A DNA stretch of 64,000 bases from the human T2T-CHM13v2.0 reference genome, Homo sapiens, in NCBI RefSeq assembly GCF_009914755.1, contig NC_060929.1. One strand, written 5' to 3'. The stretch's first letter is position 1. The number at the start of each line of letters is the position of its first letter. A program made the position numbers and the translations under genes. Shown here piece after piece: positions 1 through 13,859 of the stretch. The notes beneath the pieces are model-generated. The model did no database searches. It saw only the letters and a program-made list of their open reading frames with translations, and was not told the DNA's origin.

Positions 1-29
1 ATGCCCAGCTTAAAAGACGCTAAAAAAAA

Positions 30-345
30 ATGTAATGCATGGACTTTATCTGGATTATGATGTGAACAACTATAAAAACCATTTCTGAGACAACAGAGGA
101 ATGGACAACAGAAGATATTAATGAATTATTGGTAATTATTTTAGGTGTGAAAATGGCATAGTTGTTATGTTAAAAAAAAAAAAAGCCCTTATCTGGTAGT
201 GCCATTTATGGGTAAAATGACACACTGTCTGGGGGAGCAGATGAAACAGGTGAGGAAGCTGGGTGGTGGGTATGTGAGGACTCATTCTACTGTTCTTTCC
301 ACATTTGTGTTATCTTTTTAAATTTCCACAATAAAAAGTTAAGGA
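30..345 (+). mobile_element. Old L1 (L1ME-type) 3' end fragment
   Basis: L1ME 3'UTR-like motifs (gctgggtggtgggtatgtgagg...attctactgttctttccacatttgtg...aataaaaagtt). Confidence 0.6.
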
Positions 346-989
346 AAAAACAATGGTTCACTCCAAAGAGTCGGAAGTGCTCTGAATTGCTTGGATTTTT
401 TTTTTTTTTTTACAATAATCAGAAAAGTCCATTGCACACCAACGCTGTCTACCACGTTGCGTCTAATGACTGCACCATATTTTCATGCATGGACGGACCG
501 CAGTGTGGCCAATTTCCTTCTGATGCCATTGAAGTTCTCTCCAACTTTCCCTTACAATAACTGAATCTATCCAATTCCCGATGCTTCTGTTCTGAATGAC
601 ATCCTCTCCTTCCTCCTCGTGTCCCCCCAACCCTTCCACCCAAATCACTTGATGACCACTTCCAGACTTAGCAGCTGGCGGCATGGCATGGGTATCCATG
701 TCACAAGAATGCCCAGGGCCTGGAACCATCTGCTCCAGGGACCTACAAGGCACTGAGTGCCTCAGGATGATTCAAATTCTGCCTCCGAAGGATCCAGTTA
801 CCAGGGGCAGCACACACTGCAATGCGGGGACTAAGAGGGAGCTGGAGGAGTTTTCCAGCCAGGTCACCTTAACAGCCCTCATCCAGCCCTTGATGCAGGT
901 CTCAGCCCAGTTCCGTGCTGCAGATGGGGCTCCATGAAGCCTAGAAAGGATTCAGAGTTCCCTTCCTCTCGCCTTGCCATCCTCTAGCA

Positions 990-1209
990 CAAGCGTGTCC
1001 AACCCACAGACCATGGGCCCCATGCTGCCCAGGACAACTTTAAATGTGGCAAGCACAAACTCCTAAACTTTCTTAAAACATTATGAGATTTTTTTGTGAT
1101 TCTTTTTTTAGCTCATCAATTATTGTTAGTGTTAGTGTATTCTATGTGTGGCCCAAGGCAATTCTTCTTCCAGTGTGGCCCAAGAAAGCCAAAAGATTGG
1201 ACACCCCCG
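990..1209. mobile_element. MER30-type hAT-Charlie MITE
   Basis: Termini caagcgtgtccaa / ttggacacccccg; degenerate 8-bp TSD ctctagca (982-989) / ctctagtc (1210-1217); similar to the copy at 56197. Confidence 0.8.
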
Positions 1210-1241
1210 CTCTAGTCATTTTCCCACTCGAGGTTCCCACT

Positions 1242-1383
1242 CTTTTTTTTAAAAAAAGAGATAGGGGTTTCACTCTGGCATAATCATAGCACACTGCAGC
1301 CTCATACTCCTGGGCCCAAGTGATCCTCCCATTTCAACTTCTCTAGTAGGTGGGACTACAGGTGCATGCCACCATGCCCGGCT
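1242..1383 (-). mobile_element. Alu monomer (FLAM-like)
   Basis: Single antisense Alu arm with T-rich tail. Confidence 0.75.
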
Positions 1384-1974
1384 CCTGCTCCTTTTAAACA
1401 CAGCCATTCAGCACCATTTTTAACCTATCCAAATGGTACTAATTTTTTTTAAGGGTAATATCCAGGGTTAGCAAAGTTGCTGGGAAGCAGGCACTCTTCC
1501 ATACCACCACTGGAAGTATACTAGCGCAATCTTGTGGGAATGTATTACCTGGTGATATGCAAGGTTCTTAAAATCATACCCTGTGATTAGGGCTTCCACT
1601 TTAGGAACTTATTCCTGAGCATACTGACAGATATAAATCAAGGATCACCACAGCAGTGCTATATAAAATCAAATGGTGCACGAGAAGCAACTCAAAAAGG
1701 CATTCAGTGGGGAAATGGATGAACAAATTTTTATAGACATAAAACGGAATACTAATCAGCAATAAAAAGAAATAAACTCCTGATAGACACAACGACATGG
1801 ATGAATCTCAAAAGCATTACATTAAGTAAAAAGGAGCAGGCAGAAAGGAGTACATATATATAACTCCATTTATGTGAAACTCTAGAAAAGACAAATCTAA
1901 TTTACAAGGACAAAAAGCACATCAGTGATTGCCTAAGGCTGGGGGCAGGATGGGACTGATGAGGAACTTTCTAG

Positions 1975-2616
<642 letters not shown>

Positions 2617-3088
2617 TGAGTATATACATTTGTCAAAACTCACTGTACACTATAAACGGTATATTCACTTAAGATCTGTATATTGTACTGTATATAAATT
2701 ATACTTCAATTTTTAAAAAATGAATAAGCAGTCCCCTAAATATCCAACAATGAGATGAGTTAGTGAAATCATGATGTATCCATAAAACATTATGCATTGG
2801 ATTGCAGAAGGACAGAAAATGACATAGAAGGTTATTTAGCACGTGCAGTTAAGGAAAAAAGTTATGAAACTGTGATATACTTGATAGTATTTTTGTAAAA
2901 TAAAATGTATATACTTGAAAAGAAAATGACCAAAAGGAAATCTTCTATTCATTTGTTCAATATAAATTTCCTGAGTGCCCACTATATATCATTATTGCTA
3001 CAATTAGCGAAATATATCAAAAATCCCTTCTATTCATGGTTTCATAAAAGTTATTTAGATTATTAAAATCTACACATTAAAATAATGA

Positions 3089-3408
3089 GGCCAGGCATGG
3101 TGGCTCACTCCTATAATCCCAGCATTTTGGGAGGCTGAGATGGGCGGATCACTTGAGGTCAGGAGTTTGAGACCAGCCTGGCCAACGTGATGAAACCCCA
3201 TCTCTACTAAAAATACAAAAATTAGCTGGGCGTCATGGCACATGCCTGTAATTCCAGCTACTCAGGAGGCTGAGGCAGGAGAATCATTTGTCCCCAGGAG
3301 GCAGAGGTTGCAGTGAGCCAAGATCATGCCACTGCACTTCAGCCTGGACAACACAGTGAGACTCTGTCTCAATAAAAAAAAAAAAATAATAATAATAAAA
3401 TAAAATAA
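3089..3408 (+). mobile_element. AluSx-like
   Basis: Full Alu with A-rich tail; TSD acattaaaataatga (3074-3088 / 3409-3423). Confidence 0.95.
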
Positions 3409-3761
3409 ACATTAAAATAATGAAATGGTAAAGTGTGTAATTCATACTACCTCTCTGTCAAAGCATACGTAATTTATGCTTTCTTATGCACAGAATAGGA
3501 TTCACGAGAAATTGGGGTCAGTGGTATCTTCTGCGGAGGGAAATTTGGGGACAACGGTGGCAGGAAGCCTTTCCATCATCTACTCTTTTGTATAGCGTGG
3601 TTTTACAAAATCACATTCATGTGTTATCTGTTCTAAACAAACAATTGATTGTTTCTAATTTTTTGCTAGTGTCCAATAATCAGGAATTGGGTGGAGAAGA
3701 ATGATATGGAAAAATGTATATGGGAAATAGATAAAGTGTTTTACGACAAGGTATTTTCCTT

Positions 3762-4116
<355 letters not shown>

Positions 4117-4250
4117 TGATGACACACACAGTAAAGGACACACACCAAAAATGTCAACAGAGATTGTTTCCAAGTGGTAGGATTGTGAGGGGAATTTTAC
4201 TTTCTTCTGTTTGCTTGTATTCATTTTTGCCATTTCTTAAACAAATCCTC

Positions 4251-4253
4251 TGT

Positions 4254-4303
<50 letters not shown>
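4251..4303. repeat. (TG)n microsatellite
   Basis: More than 20 consecutive TG units. Confidence 0.97.
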
Positions 4304-4307
<4 letters not shown>

Positions 4308-5323
4308 ACTCAAAAAGAAAAAGAGAGAACAGCAGAGTCGCAGTGTCACCTCTTTCTGCCAGGTGCTCAGATATACTAGAGAACTGCTGGCTGCACTCCC
4401 TTTACCCGAGGGACTGTGTGATTTAGGAAGACAAAGAAGAAGTCAATGACAAGGGCACAGGGCCAGCTCCAAGTCTTAAATGTCCTCCACTCCCTTAGCA
4501 CAGGCTTCCCCAGCCAACCAGGGTGCCCAGCCAAGTCCCTTGCCCATCTCATGATGTGGAGGCCCTGGAGATTGATGGGGTACACCCACACCCATTTTCT
4601 CCCTGGGACACCTGGGTGGCAGGTGGGGCAGGGATTGCTGTCGTGATTTTGCAGAGGAAAGGAAGCCTTCAAAGGTAATTTGCTTCTGCCACAGATAAGG
4701 TGCACTGAGACCATGTCTTGACTGGGTATCGTGCACACACTGAGCATTTTGGTATTCTAAGACCTAAAAGACTCAAGTGACAACGCCAAGTTCTGGTTCA
4801 GTTTTGTCACCAGATTCCTCGAGAATACGGGTGAAGCACTGCAGTCAGTTTCAAAGCTAGACACTATCTTGAGTGGCAGCCCATCTTGTCCCCCAACCTC
4901 ATTTGCGGTTTTCAATTCTTCCCAGTCCATCTTCCATCCTCTGTATACACCTTCTAAGACAGCTTGAATCACCTCTGCAGGTTAGACTGCAGGAAATTTC
5001 TCCTTATTTTATGAACCCCCACACCTTCATCTCCAGGGGGTCATGAGGGCAGACTGCTTCAGGTCTCACTTGAAGACTGCAAACATAAGATAGCCCTGCC
5101 ATTAGAGGAGGAAAGAGCTTGTCAAAGCCAGCATTTGAGCTTGAAAGGCCTGAATGACACATTCCTGTAACTAAGCCGGGCAGACACATCCCACTGCCAG
5201 AGTTTGGAACACTTTCTTTTTGGTAGATCTGGGGGCATCTTGTGATTTGGGGGGAACTTTCCCTTGAGGGATGCAGAAATCCAAAAGGAGGGGAAGGGAA
5301 TGGAAAAACCAAGCGGAGGATGA

Positions 5324-5671
<348 letters not shown>

Positions 5672-6249
5672 AGGTCACTGATTTCTATAAGGAGACAGGT
5701 GTTCAGCCTTGAAGTGGGGAAATTTGAGGAATTTAGGGGAAGGAGTGAGAAAAAAATACTGATGTTGAAAGAGAGAAATAAAAGGACGTGCAAGCTTCAG
5801 GAGTCACTAAAAAAATAATGCAGTTTTGACACAGGGGCTGAGGATGAAGCTGGGATGAATTTCTACCACTATCCAGCTGTCAGAGTTCGGCAAGCGGGGG
5901 GGCCCTGAGGTGTCCTTTTCCCTGGCAAGTTAGGGACAGGCAATGGCAGAGGCCAAATCACTTTGAGGGGAGAGGCACCACACACAGGTGAGGTCCAGGC
6001 ATGGCCACTCACCAGGGCCAAATAAAGGCGACCTTGGCCTAGTCATCAGCCCTTTCCAATGCCCACAGCAAGGCCCACGTCCATAGCGGCTGGCTTCTCA
6101 GGATGGTTTAGAGAGAGCACATCCGTTGGAGAGCGCCAGAAAACAAACTAAAACACAAGAGCCTATAGTGTCATGGATGACAGAACCTCAATTTTCCCCT
6201 GCTTTGTATTTCCACTTTGTGTTAAATTGGATATTTTTAAAATGAATTT

Positions 6250-6450
6250 ACGTTCAAGCTTTGATACAATCCGCGGTTTCATCTCAGACACTTATTCCTG
6301 TGAGCCTTGCAGTTTCTTGTCTGTAAACTGGGGTTAATCCTAACACTAGGGCCAAAGTGAGGAGTAAATAAGATAATATATGGGAGCATGCTGGCACACT
6401 GCCTGAAATCTAGAAAGTGCTCAATAAACAGTAGCTACTAACATTATCAA
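6250..6450 (+). mobile_element. MIR
   Basis: MIR core-like cagtttcttgtctgtaaactgggg...gtgctcaataaacagtagcta. Confidence 0.7.
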
Positions 6451-6549
6451 CACTAAACGAAATGTTTGCTGTTCATGTTTTGGAAGATCTTTGCATAGAT
6501 TCAGTCACAAATCAAACATCTTTTATCTGTCCACTGGTTTAAGAAATGT

Positions 6550-6850
6550 GGCCGGGAACAGTGGCTCACGCCTGTGATCCCAGCACTCTGAGAGGCCAAG
6601 GCGGGCGGATCACCTGAGGTCAGGAGTTAGAGACCAGCCTGGCCAACATGGTGAAACCCCGCCTCTACTAAAAATACAAAAGTTAGCTGGGTGTGGTGTG
6701 CGCCTGTAATCCTAGCTACTCGGGAGGCTGAGGCAGGGGAATCACTTGAACCCAGGAGGCAGTGGTTGCAGTAAGCCAAAATCATGCCACTGCTCTCCAG
6801 CTTGGGTGACAGAGCAAGACTCCGTCTCAAAAAAAAAAAAAAAAAAAAAA
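6550..6850 (+). mobile_element. AluSx
   Basis: Full Alu with poly-A. Confidence 0.95.
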
Positions 6851-8877
6851 GCGGTCTCACAGAGCTGAAGTCCTCTGAGTGTGCAATGAAGTAAGCTTCA
6901 GGAAGTGGGAAAAAATGCATTAGGTGGCTGGTTGCCCTGCAGATCTCAAGTCTGGAGCAGGATGAGAAGACCCCTAAGGTATCACATGACTCCCGTCTTG
7001 GGAGAAGGTAAACACCCAGTGGACGAGAAGGAGGGAGCCCCTAGCCCCTGGCTCCCTGGAGCCCAGGAAGATAAAGTTACCAGCTCATGTCAAGCAGAGC
7101 TTATCAACATGGCTTTGGGAGGGAGATTTTTTTCCCCTAAGAACTCCAGAAATCCCTGTATTCAGAAAGTCTTCTACACACTCATGAAGCCTTAAGTCAC
7201 AGTGGTGTGTGTCTTTGCTTACTAACATAACTATTTCCTTCTAATTGGAGAGGGAAGACTATGTGTAAAATGGGCATAAATCAAAAGGAGACGAGTGCAA
7301 GTTCTATCTACTTTGCTGCTCAGAAAATTCAGGAAGAAAAACAGGACCTCCTGTTAGAAGTCTGGGAGGAATTATCTACATTTCTGTTATCTGGGCGCAA
7401 CCTGCAGTTATTTTCCTAAGATCCTTAAGCTGTACTTTGGTCCAGGCCAGTAAATCTGCCCTTGCAGGTAATTGCTTTTCTAACTTCCTGCCCCATGTTA
7501 CCTGACAGGAGAACATGCAGGTCTGTAGGAAGCTGGGGTGGCATCCTCCATCAACCAGATCCTGTGCTGGGCACCACAGTCAATGCTGTGCCCACACACA
7601 CAAAGACTGTCCTGGCAGATGCCGAAGACGAGATGAAGGATTCCCAGGAAGCATCCCTGCACACAAGCATTCATTCAACATTTCCCAGAAGAGTCCATTT
7701 GGGGCTGTCTCACTCTTTTGTGCACTCCCAATGCCTGTGCCTGCATCAGGTGAGGTGGGGGACACCCTGAGGTCCCTCTCTGACTCAGACACTGGTCTGG
7801 GAATGCCAAGGTAACAAGGCACACCTCATACCTGCAAGGAGCTCACAGTCTAGTGGGTAGGACAAGTCACTATGCAGGGTGACAAAGATGGTGAAAGAAG
7901 CAAGGATGAGGGTGGGGCCAGGACACATGACAAAGGAGAGGCTTAAGGGACAAGGAACGTGGCCCTCAAGCTGCATACCATCCAATGCTCTCGTTCCATC
8001 ATGTGTAACCAGCACTCACCAAAATCTGTTAGTTCTTGGATTCAACACCCTATTAATTTTAAACTTAGGTGGATGCATCTTTCAAGAAAAAAACAAATGG
8101 CCCCGAGTTTTAATCTGGACAGACCTGGCACAGACTTGGTTACCAGAAAAACATCACTAGCAGCCTCCTCACTGGTGACGCCAGCCTGGTGACAATCTAC
8201 TCCTCCTTTTGGTTCAGGGAAGAGGGTCAAGGGGCACACGTAGCAGGCAAGAAACCCCACATCCCTGTACTGGCTGGCACTCCCACCCCCAGCAGAAAGG
8301 TCAGAGGAGCTGAAGGGAGCGGGGTCCTAGGTGGGCTTCTGCAGATGCAGCAGGGACAGGAAGAAGGATCCAAGGAGGAATTTAAGGGCTGAGCATGGGA
8401 TAAAGGTGGCCTACAGGAAGGGGAGGGAGAGATTTCTCCAGAGCAATTTGGGCTGGAGGAGGGTTCAACTCCCCACATTCACCCATTGGGATGCCAGGCT
8501 GCTTAGAGGGTCTTACCAATGGGGTCTCACTCCTGGTTCCCAGCCCTCAGTAGATACATGATTTTTGGTGAACTAGTCCCTTTCCTGACTTCAACACCAT
8601 CATAGGACCAATGGTCCAAGTGGCTAACAGTGCCTTTCTTACAAGGATTACCCATCACATCTGTGGACCCCTTGGAGGGTGGTCACAAACCCTAAGCCTT
8701 ACTCTGAGCAGCACTATGTGAACGGGCCATCACTGTCTTGCAGCAACCCTAAGTGGAGAGGTGCAATGCCTGCCAAGTACCCACCATGCACCTCACACTG
8801 TTCTTAAGTTATCTCACTTAATCTTAACATTGCTGTAAAACGTTTCTCCCAGCTTACAGAAGAGGAAAGCGAAGACT

Positions 8878-9760
8878 GACTTATTCATTCTCCTTGTCAT
8901 TCCATACACATCGGGAAGCTGTGTTCATGGCACTGAGGCCCCCGCAAGGAAGAAGACAGACACAGGTCTCTTCTCGTGTAGCATGTATTCTAGTGTGGGA
9001 AGAAAGGCAGCAAACAAACGAAAAATAACTTCAGGCCAGGCACGGTGGCTCACGCCTGTAATCCCAGGACTTTGGGAGGCCGAGGCTGACGGATAACGAG
9101 GTCAGGGGTTCTTCGAGACCAGCCTGACCAACAGGTGAAACCCCGTCTCTACTAAAAATACGAAAATTAGCTGGGTGTGGTGGCACATGCCTGTAATCCC
9201 AGCTACTCAGGAGGCTGAGGCAGGAGAATGGTGTGAACCCGGGAGGCGGAGGTTGCACTGAGCTGATAGTGCCACTGCACTCTAGCCTGTGCGACAGAGT
9301 GAGACTCCGTCTCAAAGAAACCAACCAACCAAACAAACAAAAAACAGAAAAACACTTCAGATCCTGGTAAATGCTACAAAGAAAAAGCAAGGTGATTTAA
9401 TAGAGTGACATGGAGAGGCAGCAATAGATTAAGGGAGACAAGCAACCATGTGAGAGTCTGAGAAACACAGAATCCAAATAGAGGAAAGAGCCAGTGCAAA
9501 GACCCTGAGACATGAACAAGCTTGACTTGTTCCAGGAACAGAAAGGAGGTCAGTGTGGCTTAAGAGCAATGGCATGGAGGGTAGGGAAGGGGTAAGAGAC
9601 AAGGTCAGAGAGCAGGCCAGAGCCAGGCTATGCTGGGTATTCCACGCAGTGGTAAGGACTGGGAATTTTAAGTGCAGTGAGATGACATTGGAGGTCTTTA
9701 AGCAGAGAATGACACAATCTAAATTCTGGCTATTCTGGGAAGAATGGATGATAGGGGCCA
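8878..9760 (-). mobile_element. L2 3' region interrupted by an Alu
   Basis: ttattcattc tail; ccagtgcaaagaccctgag; tttaagcagagaatgacacaatct. Confidence 0.65.
9034..9350 (+). mobile_element. AluS
   Basis: Full Alu with AAAC-type tail; acttca on both flanks. Confidence 0.93.
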
Positions 9761-11143
9761 GATTTAGAGAGGTTAAATGAGCAGATCAGGGTTTCACTTC
9801 CATCACTAGCGTGCATGCAGTACCAAGACTTGTTTCCATGGTGTCAAGTTTTTGATACCCTGTAGTATGATGCCAGACTGGAATCTCATATTTGACAAAC
9901 TGGGGCTCCCAACGTCTCAGTGATCTCAACTTCGCCTCCTGTGTCGGTCAGGTGAGGATAACTGCTTGTGGTTGTATGGAAACAGTTACACAGCACATAT
10001 GTAAACATGCTTTGTATTCATCAGGCAACATTCAACTAAGAGTGTCTACTGTGTGCCACGCTCTTGTAAAGTTGTTCTACAGTGTTAGAAACATATTATC
10101 AGAGTAGACATTTGAGAAAAACAATTACCCTGTCTGAGAAAAACAAAATGCCAGCCCTCATTCCTCAAGAAAGGCGAGGCTAGTATGGCTACTAAGTTCC
10201 CCTATTCTTCACTCTTCTTGCCAAACTCCATGAAGCCAAATTTTTGAAGAAGCATTTTCTTCTTTGAAGTGGGAGAGGAAATAAAGTAAAGGAGAACAAT
10301 AGCAGTATTTTGAGGAGGTGGGACATTATAACCAAAGGAACTTGGGATTTGTCCTAATAAGGCCAGCTTTAAGTCAAGGTTGACCTTGGCCATCAGTCCT
10401 TGGGTGAGCTTTCTATTTCTAACCTGCAAAACTGGGACAAACTCATCGTCTCTCCGAGGTGGGCAGCCCAATAGTAAACTCATACGGCACTATGACATGG
10501 CTATAGCAGTTCATGGAGCCTTTCTTGCTTCTTTGAGCAGCCGAAGGAACATTTAGGACATCCTCCCTTATGTATAAAAGGTTGGGCATTCTCAGGTAAC
10601 TAAACAAATGGCATTTATTGCTCTTAGAAATCCTTCCCTCTAGAAAGGGGCAAATCAGGTAGAAGTCGTTCCTCCTAAGCTATGAGCAGAAATGACAACC
10701 ACTTGAGTCTATGATAAACAAGGAAGCCCAATTTCCACGGCAGTCCTCACTAGCTCCATTCAGCCACCTCCTCCAGAAAAGGGCCAGGACCATACCCCTA
10801 CCACTTTCCTTGCTTTTCAACTGAACCAACAAGACCTGGATTTCTTCTTGTCCAGATGCCTAGAATGTGCCACACGTTGGCCACTCTGTTCTGGGAAGAA
10901 GACCAAGGGAACAGATGAAAGCCACAGCCTTGCCAAGCAACGCAGGACAAAGACAGGTCAGCAGGTACAGAAAGAAAAGAAAAAGGCATTAATTGGACAG
11001 GAAGACAGCTACTCAATGAGGTAAAAACACTGAGTAGCTGGTGACCCTTTAAGCAGAACTCCTCCAGACACTCGGAGCAAATGCACTGACTGTGAAACCT
11101 GTGTGGGGGCTCAGGTACTGCACTAGGAAGACCTTTTCCTCCC

Positions 11144-11577
11144 TGTATTGGGCGCAGTAGTGTCCCCCCAAATGTCATGTTAATCTGGAACTTCAGAATG
11201 TGACCTTACTTGGAAATGGAGTCTTTTCAGATGTAATTAAATTATGATGACATCACATTGGATTAGGGTGGGTTCTACTCCAATGATCGGGTATCCTTGT
11301 AAGAAGAGAAAACAGACAGACAGATAGCACCATGTGACAGTGGAGGCAGAGACTGGAATGATGTACCTACAAGCCGAGGAATGCCAAGGATGACCAAGCA
11401 CCAGCAAATTTAAGAAGGAAGAAGGAAAGATCCTTCTCTAGAGCCTTTTGAGAGTCATGGCCCTGCTAACACCTTGATCTGGGATCTTCAGCTTCCAGAG
11501 CTGAAATAAATTTCTGTTGCTTTAAGCCCTCCAGTTTGTGTGGTCCTTTGTAATGGCAGCCCTAGGAAACCAATCCA
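11144..11577 (+). mobile_element. MLT1B/C (ERVL-MaLR) solo LTR
   Basis: TG...CA termini; gaatgtgaccttacttggaaat, gaggcagagactgga, aataaatttctgttgctttaagcc. Confidence 0.85.
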
Positions 11578-11847
11578 TTCACTACTTCACACCTGTTCCC
11601 CAAGCCACCCCTTGCCAATCTCAGCCCAGGGACTGGAGGCAAGACACACAGGCCATGCCTCCAGCCCACCTGGACTCTTCCACCTTCCCAATGCCCCTCA
11701 GCCCTTCTCTCCTTGAGGGGAGGGGTGTGCAGGGATCACATTTCAGCTGCTCCCACCCACCTTCTGCCACAGGAGGCAAACCGGCAGGGGAGTTTTTGTT
11801 TTCTTCCCTCAGCCTCCCTGTTTTGTAGCCTCTTTCAATTATACAGG

Positions 11848-12149
11848 TGTTCCTTAAATTTCATTCGGTCCCATTCTAGATATACACATAGATACACGTA
11901 TTTGGCCATAACCATGTATTCCCTGTACTACCACTTATCTTTATATAGAGTTACTACTTTTACTTAAATTTGTTTTAAAATAAACTGCGACATCATTATT
12001 ACAATAAATGGAAAATCGCAAACGCAGAGCTTGCTAGATACATACACATTCTTAAATTACACATTAGAATGAATACACAATATTTTTTAAAGACCCCTTC
12101 ACGTACGGTTTAAAATAACCTAGGGTGGCAATACTATAGGAAACACTGC
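11848..12149. mobile_element. Possible degenerate hAT-Charlie MITE
   Basis: caggtgttcct ... ggaaacactg inverted termini around an AT-rich interior. Confidence 0.35.
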
Positions 12150-12415
12150 CTTAGAGGTACAGTGGCTGTCTCTGACTAGTTGGCCCAGAGTTCTGAGCTC
12201 CTTATCAGAAAAACCAACTTCAATCTCTCCCATCTCCAGTCTCTAACCCCCGCCCCCCAATTCCGCTCAGACACTCCGGGAGAAGGTAAAGGGTAAGAGG
12301 AAAAAAAGGCACCCGGGAGTTCTGAGTTCCCACGCAGGCGACCTGAGAACACGAAGTCGAGACCGAAGGAGACTGTACCCAGTCTTGAGAGTGACAAGGG
12401 CAGGGAGGGACTGAC

Positions 12416-12481
12416 CTTCTCGCGCAGGGTGCAGTGGACGTCCGAGGCGACGCGCCCTTCCCACCACGGCTCATCCATCAT
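12416..12481 (-). CDS. CCNJL: Cyclin J-like protein, first coding exon (22 codons; whole exon 12416-12530); rest of gene lies left of the window
   Basis: MMDEPWWEGRVASDVHCTLREK matches the CCNJL N-terminus as I recall it; donor AAG|GTCAGT at 12415; acceptor gtccacgcag|G at 12531/12530; second ATG in strong Kozak context. Confidence 0.93.
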
Positions 12482-12921
12482 CGCGTACGCAGCGCCGCTA
12501 TCCGAGGCTACCCGGCTCTCAGGGCGCACCCTGCGTGGACACGGGCAACTTCAGCGGCCAGAGCGTACCCCGGGCTCCGACCCCCGGTGTCCCTATCCTC
12601 TCTCGCCCCTGGCCCCGGGCCCCGGCGGGCGCCCCCTCCTGCGCCGCTCAGAGGAGCTGGAGGTCGCCTCTGGTCCGCGGAAGGCTGCGGTGCCCCCTCC
12701 CCTCTGCTCGCCGGACACGGGGCGATATGGAGCTGTGCAACAACTTGCAGAATTTTTATCTTCCCTTTTGCAAAAGTTGCAGAGAAAGTTGTCAACTCCG
12801 CTAGCTCGCTCGAGGCTGGGGCTCTGGCGGCGGCCACAGGCTCGCCGTCCCCAACTCCTCCCCCGCCGCCCAGCCTTTGTCCTGCTCCCACATCCTGCCC
12901 TCGAGCCGGGGCGAAACTCAC

Positions 12922-13150
12922 GCATCCTCTCTGGGCGTGGGGGGCTGCGAGCGCCGGGCCCCTCCCAGTGCCGAGCCAGCCGTGCCCTCTGGTGCCTGCC
13001 GGCGGTTGGACCCTCGTCCGAGGCGCTCCGCACTCCCGACGGCCGCCTCCGCAGCCCGACTAGCCCCCGCCGTCGCCGCGCCCCTGCGTGCGCTCGGGTC
13101 CCGCCGCGGCTCGCAGGCTCCCGGCCGCCGGGGGCCTCCCTCCCTCGCTG
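12922..13150 (-). other. CCNJL: CCNJL non-coding exon 1 (5' boundary approximate)
   Basis: Consensus donor GC|GTGAGT at 12921-12916 inside the CpG island, giving a 391-nt intron to exon 2. Confidence 0.7.
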
Positions 13151-13171
13151 GGGGAATTGGGGGCCGGGCCT

Positions 13172-13215
13172 CGCGCATGCGCTGCCGGCGCCCCCGCGCC
13201 CCGCGGGGCGGGGGG
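13172..13215. promoter_or_regulatory. NRF1 palindrome and SP1/KLF GC box
   Basis: CGCGCATGCGC (13172-13182) and GGGGCGGGGG (13205-13214) just upstream of putative exon 1. Confidence 0.7.
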
Positions 13216-13859
13216 CTGGGAATTGGAGCCTTTCTTTGCCAGCTCTGGCTCCGCTTCCTGCCCGCCCTCCTCCCTCGCTTCGGCGGAAAGCTTCTCTCTC
13301 ACCTTCGCTGAGGCTAGTGGTAGCCTTCTGGGCACCCCTCCGGCTTGCGCAGGGAGCAAAGGGACCGCGGCGCCACCTGCGCGCACCACGCGTGAAACGT
13401 GCGGACAGGACGCCCCCAGAAAGTTCTGCCTTCCGCGCGCACTGCTCTAGCCATCCTTACGTCGGTTCCACCTGTTTTTCTTTCTCTCTCTCTTTTTTTT
13501 TTTTTCCTGTTTTTGTTTTTTGTTTGTTCTCCTCTTCTTTGAAACCCGCCCTGCCATGGGGAGGTAGATTTCCAAACGGACAATTCCAGTGAAAGCTGCA
13601 GAAAAACCACCCTTGTTCACCCACGAGTCCCTAATTCTAAAGGAGCCTAAGTCACTGGTATTATTGTGCTCCTGCAGAATATGAACTATGCCTCACATTG
13701 GAGGAAAACCAGTCTTTTTTTGCCGGGTCCGGTGGATGGAAAACATTGTCTTTTTAATTCAATTGCTTGCTTTTGGAAAGTCATCCTTTTGAGTCAGCCC
13801 ATCTGATGGCATAGCATTGGGCTATCCTTCTTGGCTGATTGATTTTTGTGATAGTTTTG

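Larger units (their letters stand above)
12300..13470. promoter_or_regulatory. CCNJL: CpG island / CCNJL promoter
   Basis: Very high GC and CpG density spanning exons 1-2. Confidence 0.93.

Noticed and set aside
396-940. Poly-T followed by unique-looking DNA as a minus-strand processed pseudogene
   Set aside because: No recognisable protein, poly(A) signal or TSD; 470-600 resembles antisense L1 3' sequence
12429-13592. 387-aa plus-strand ORF and other overlapping ORFs in the CpG island
   Set aside because: GTG start, low-complexity R/P/A/G/L composition, antisense to CCNJL, no recognisable domain; expected from stop-codon scarcity at high GC
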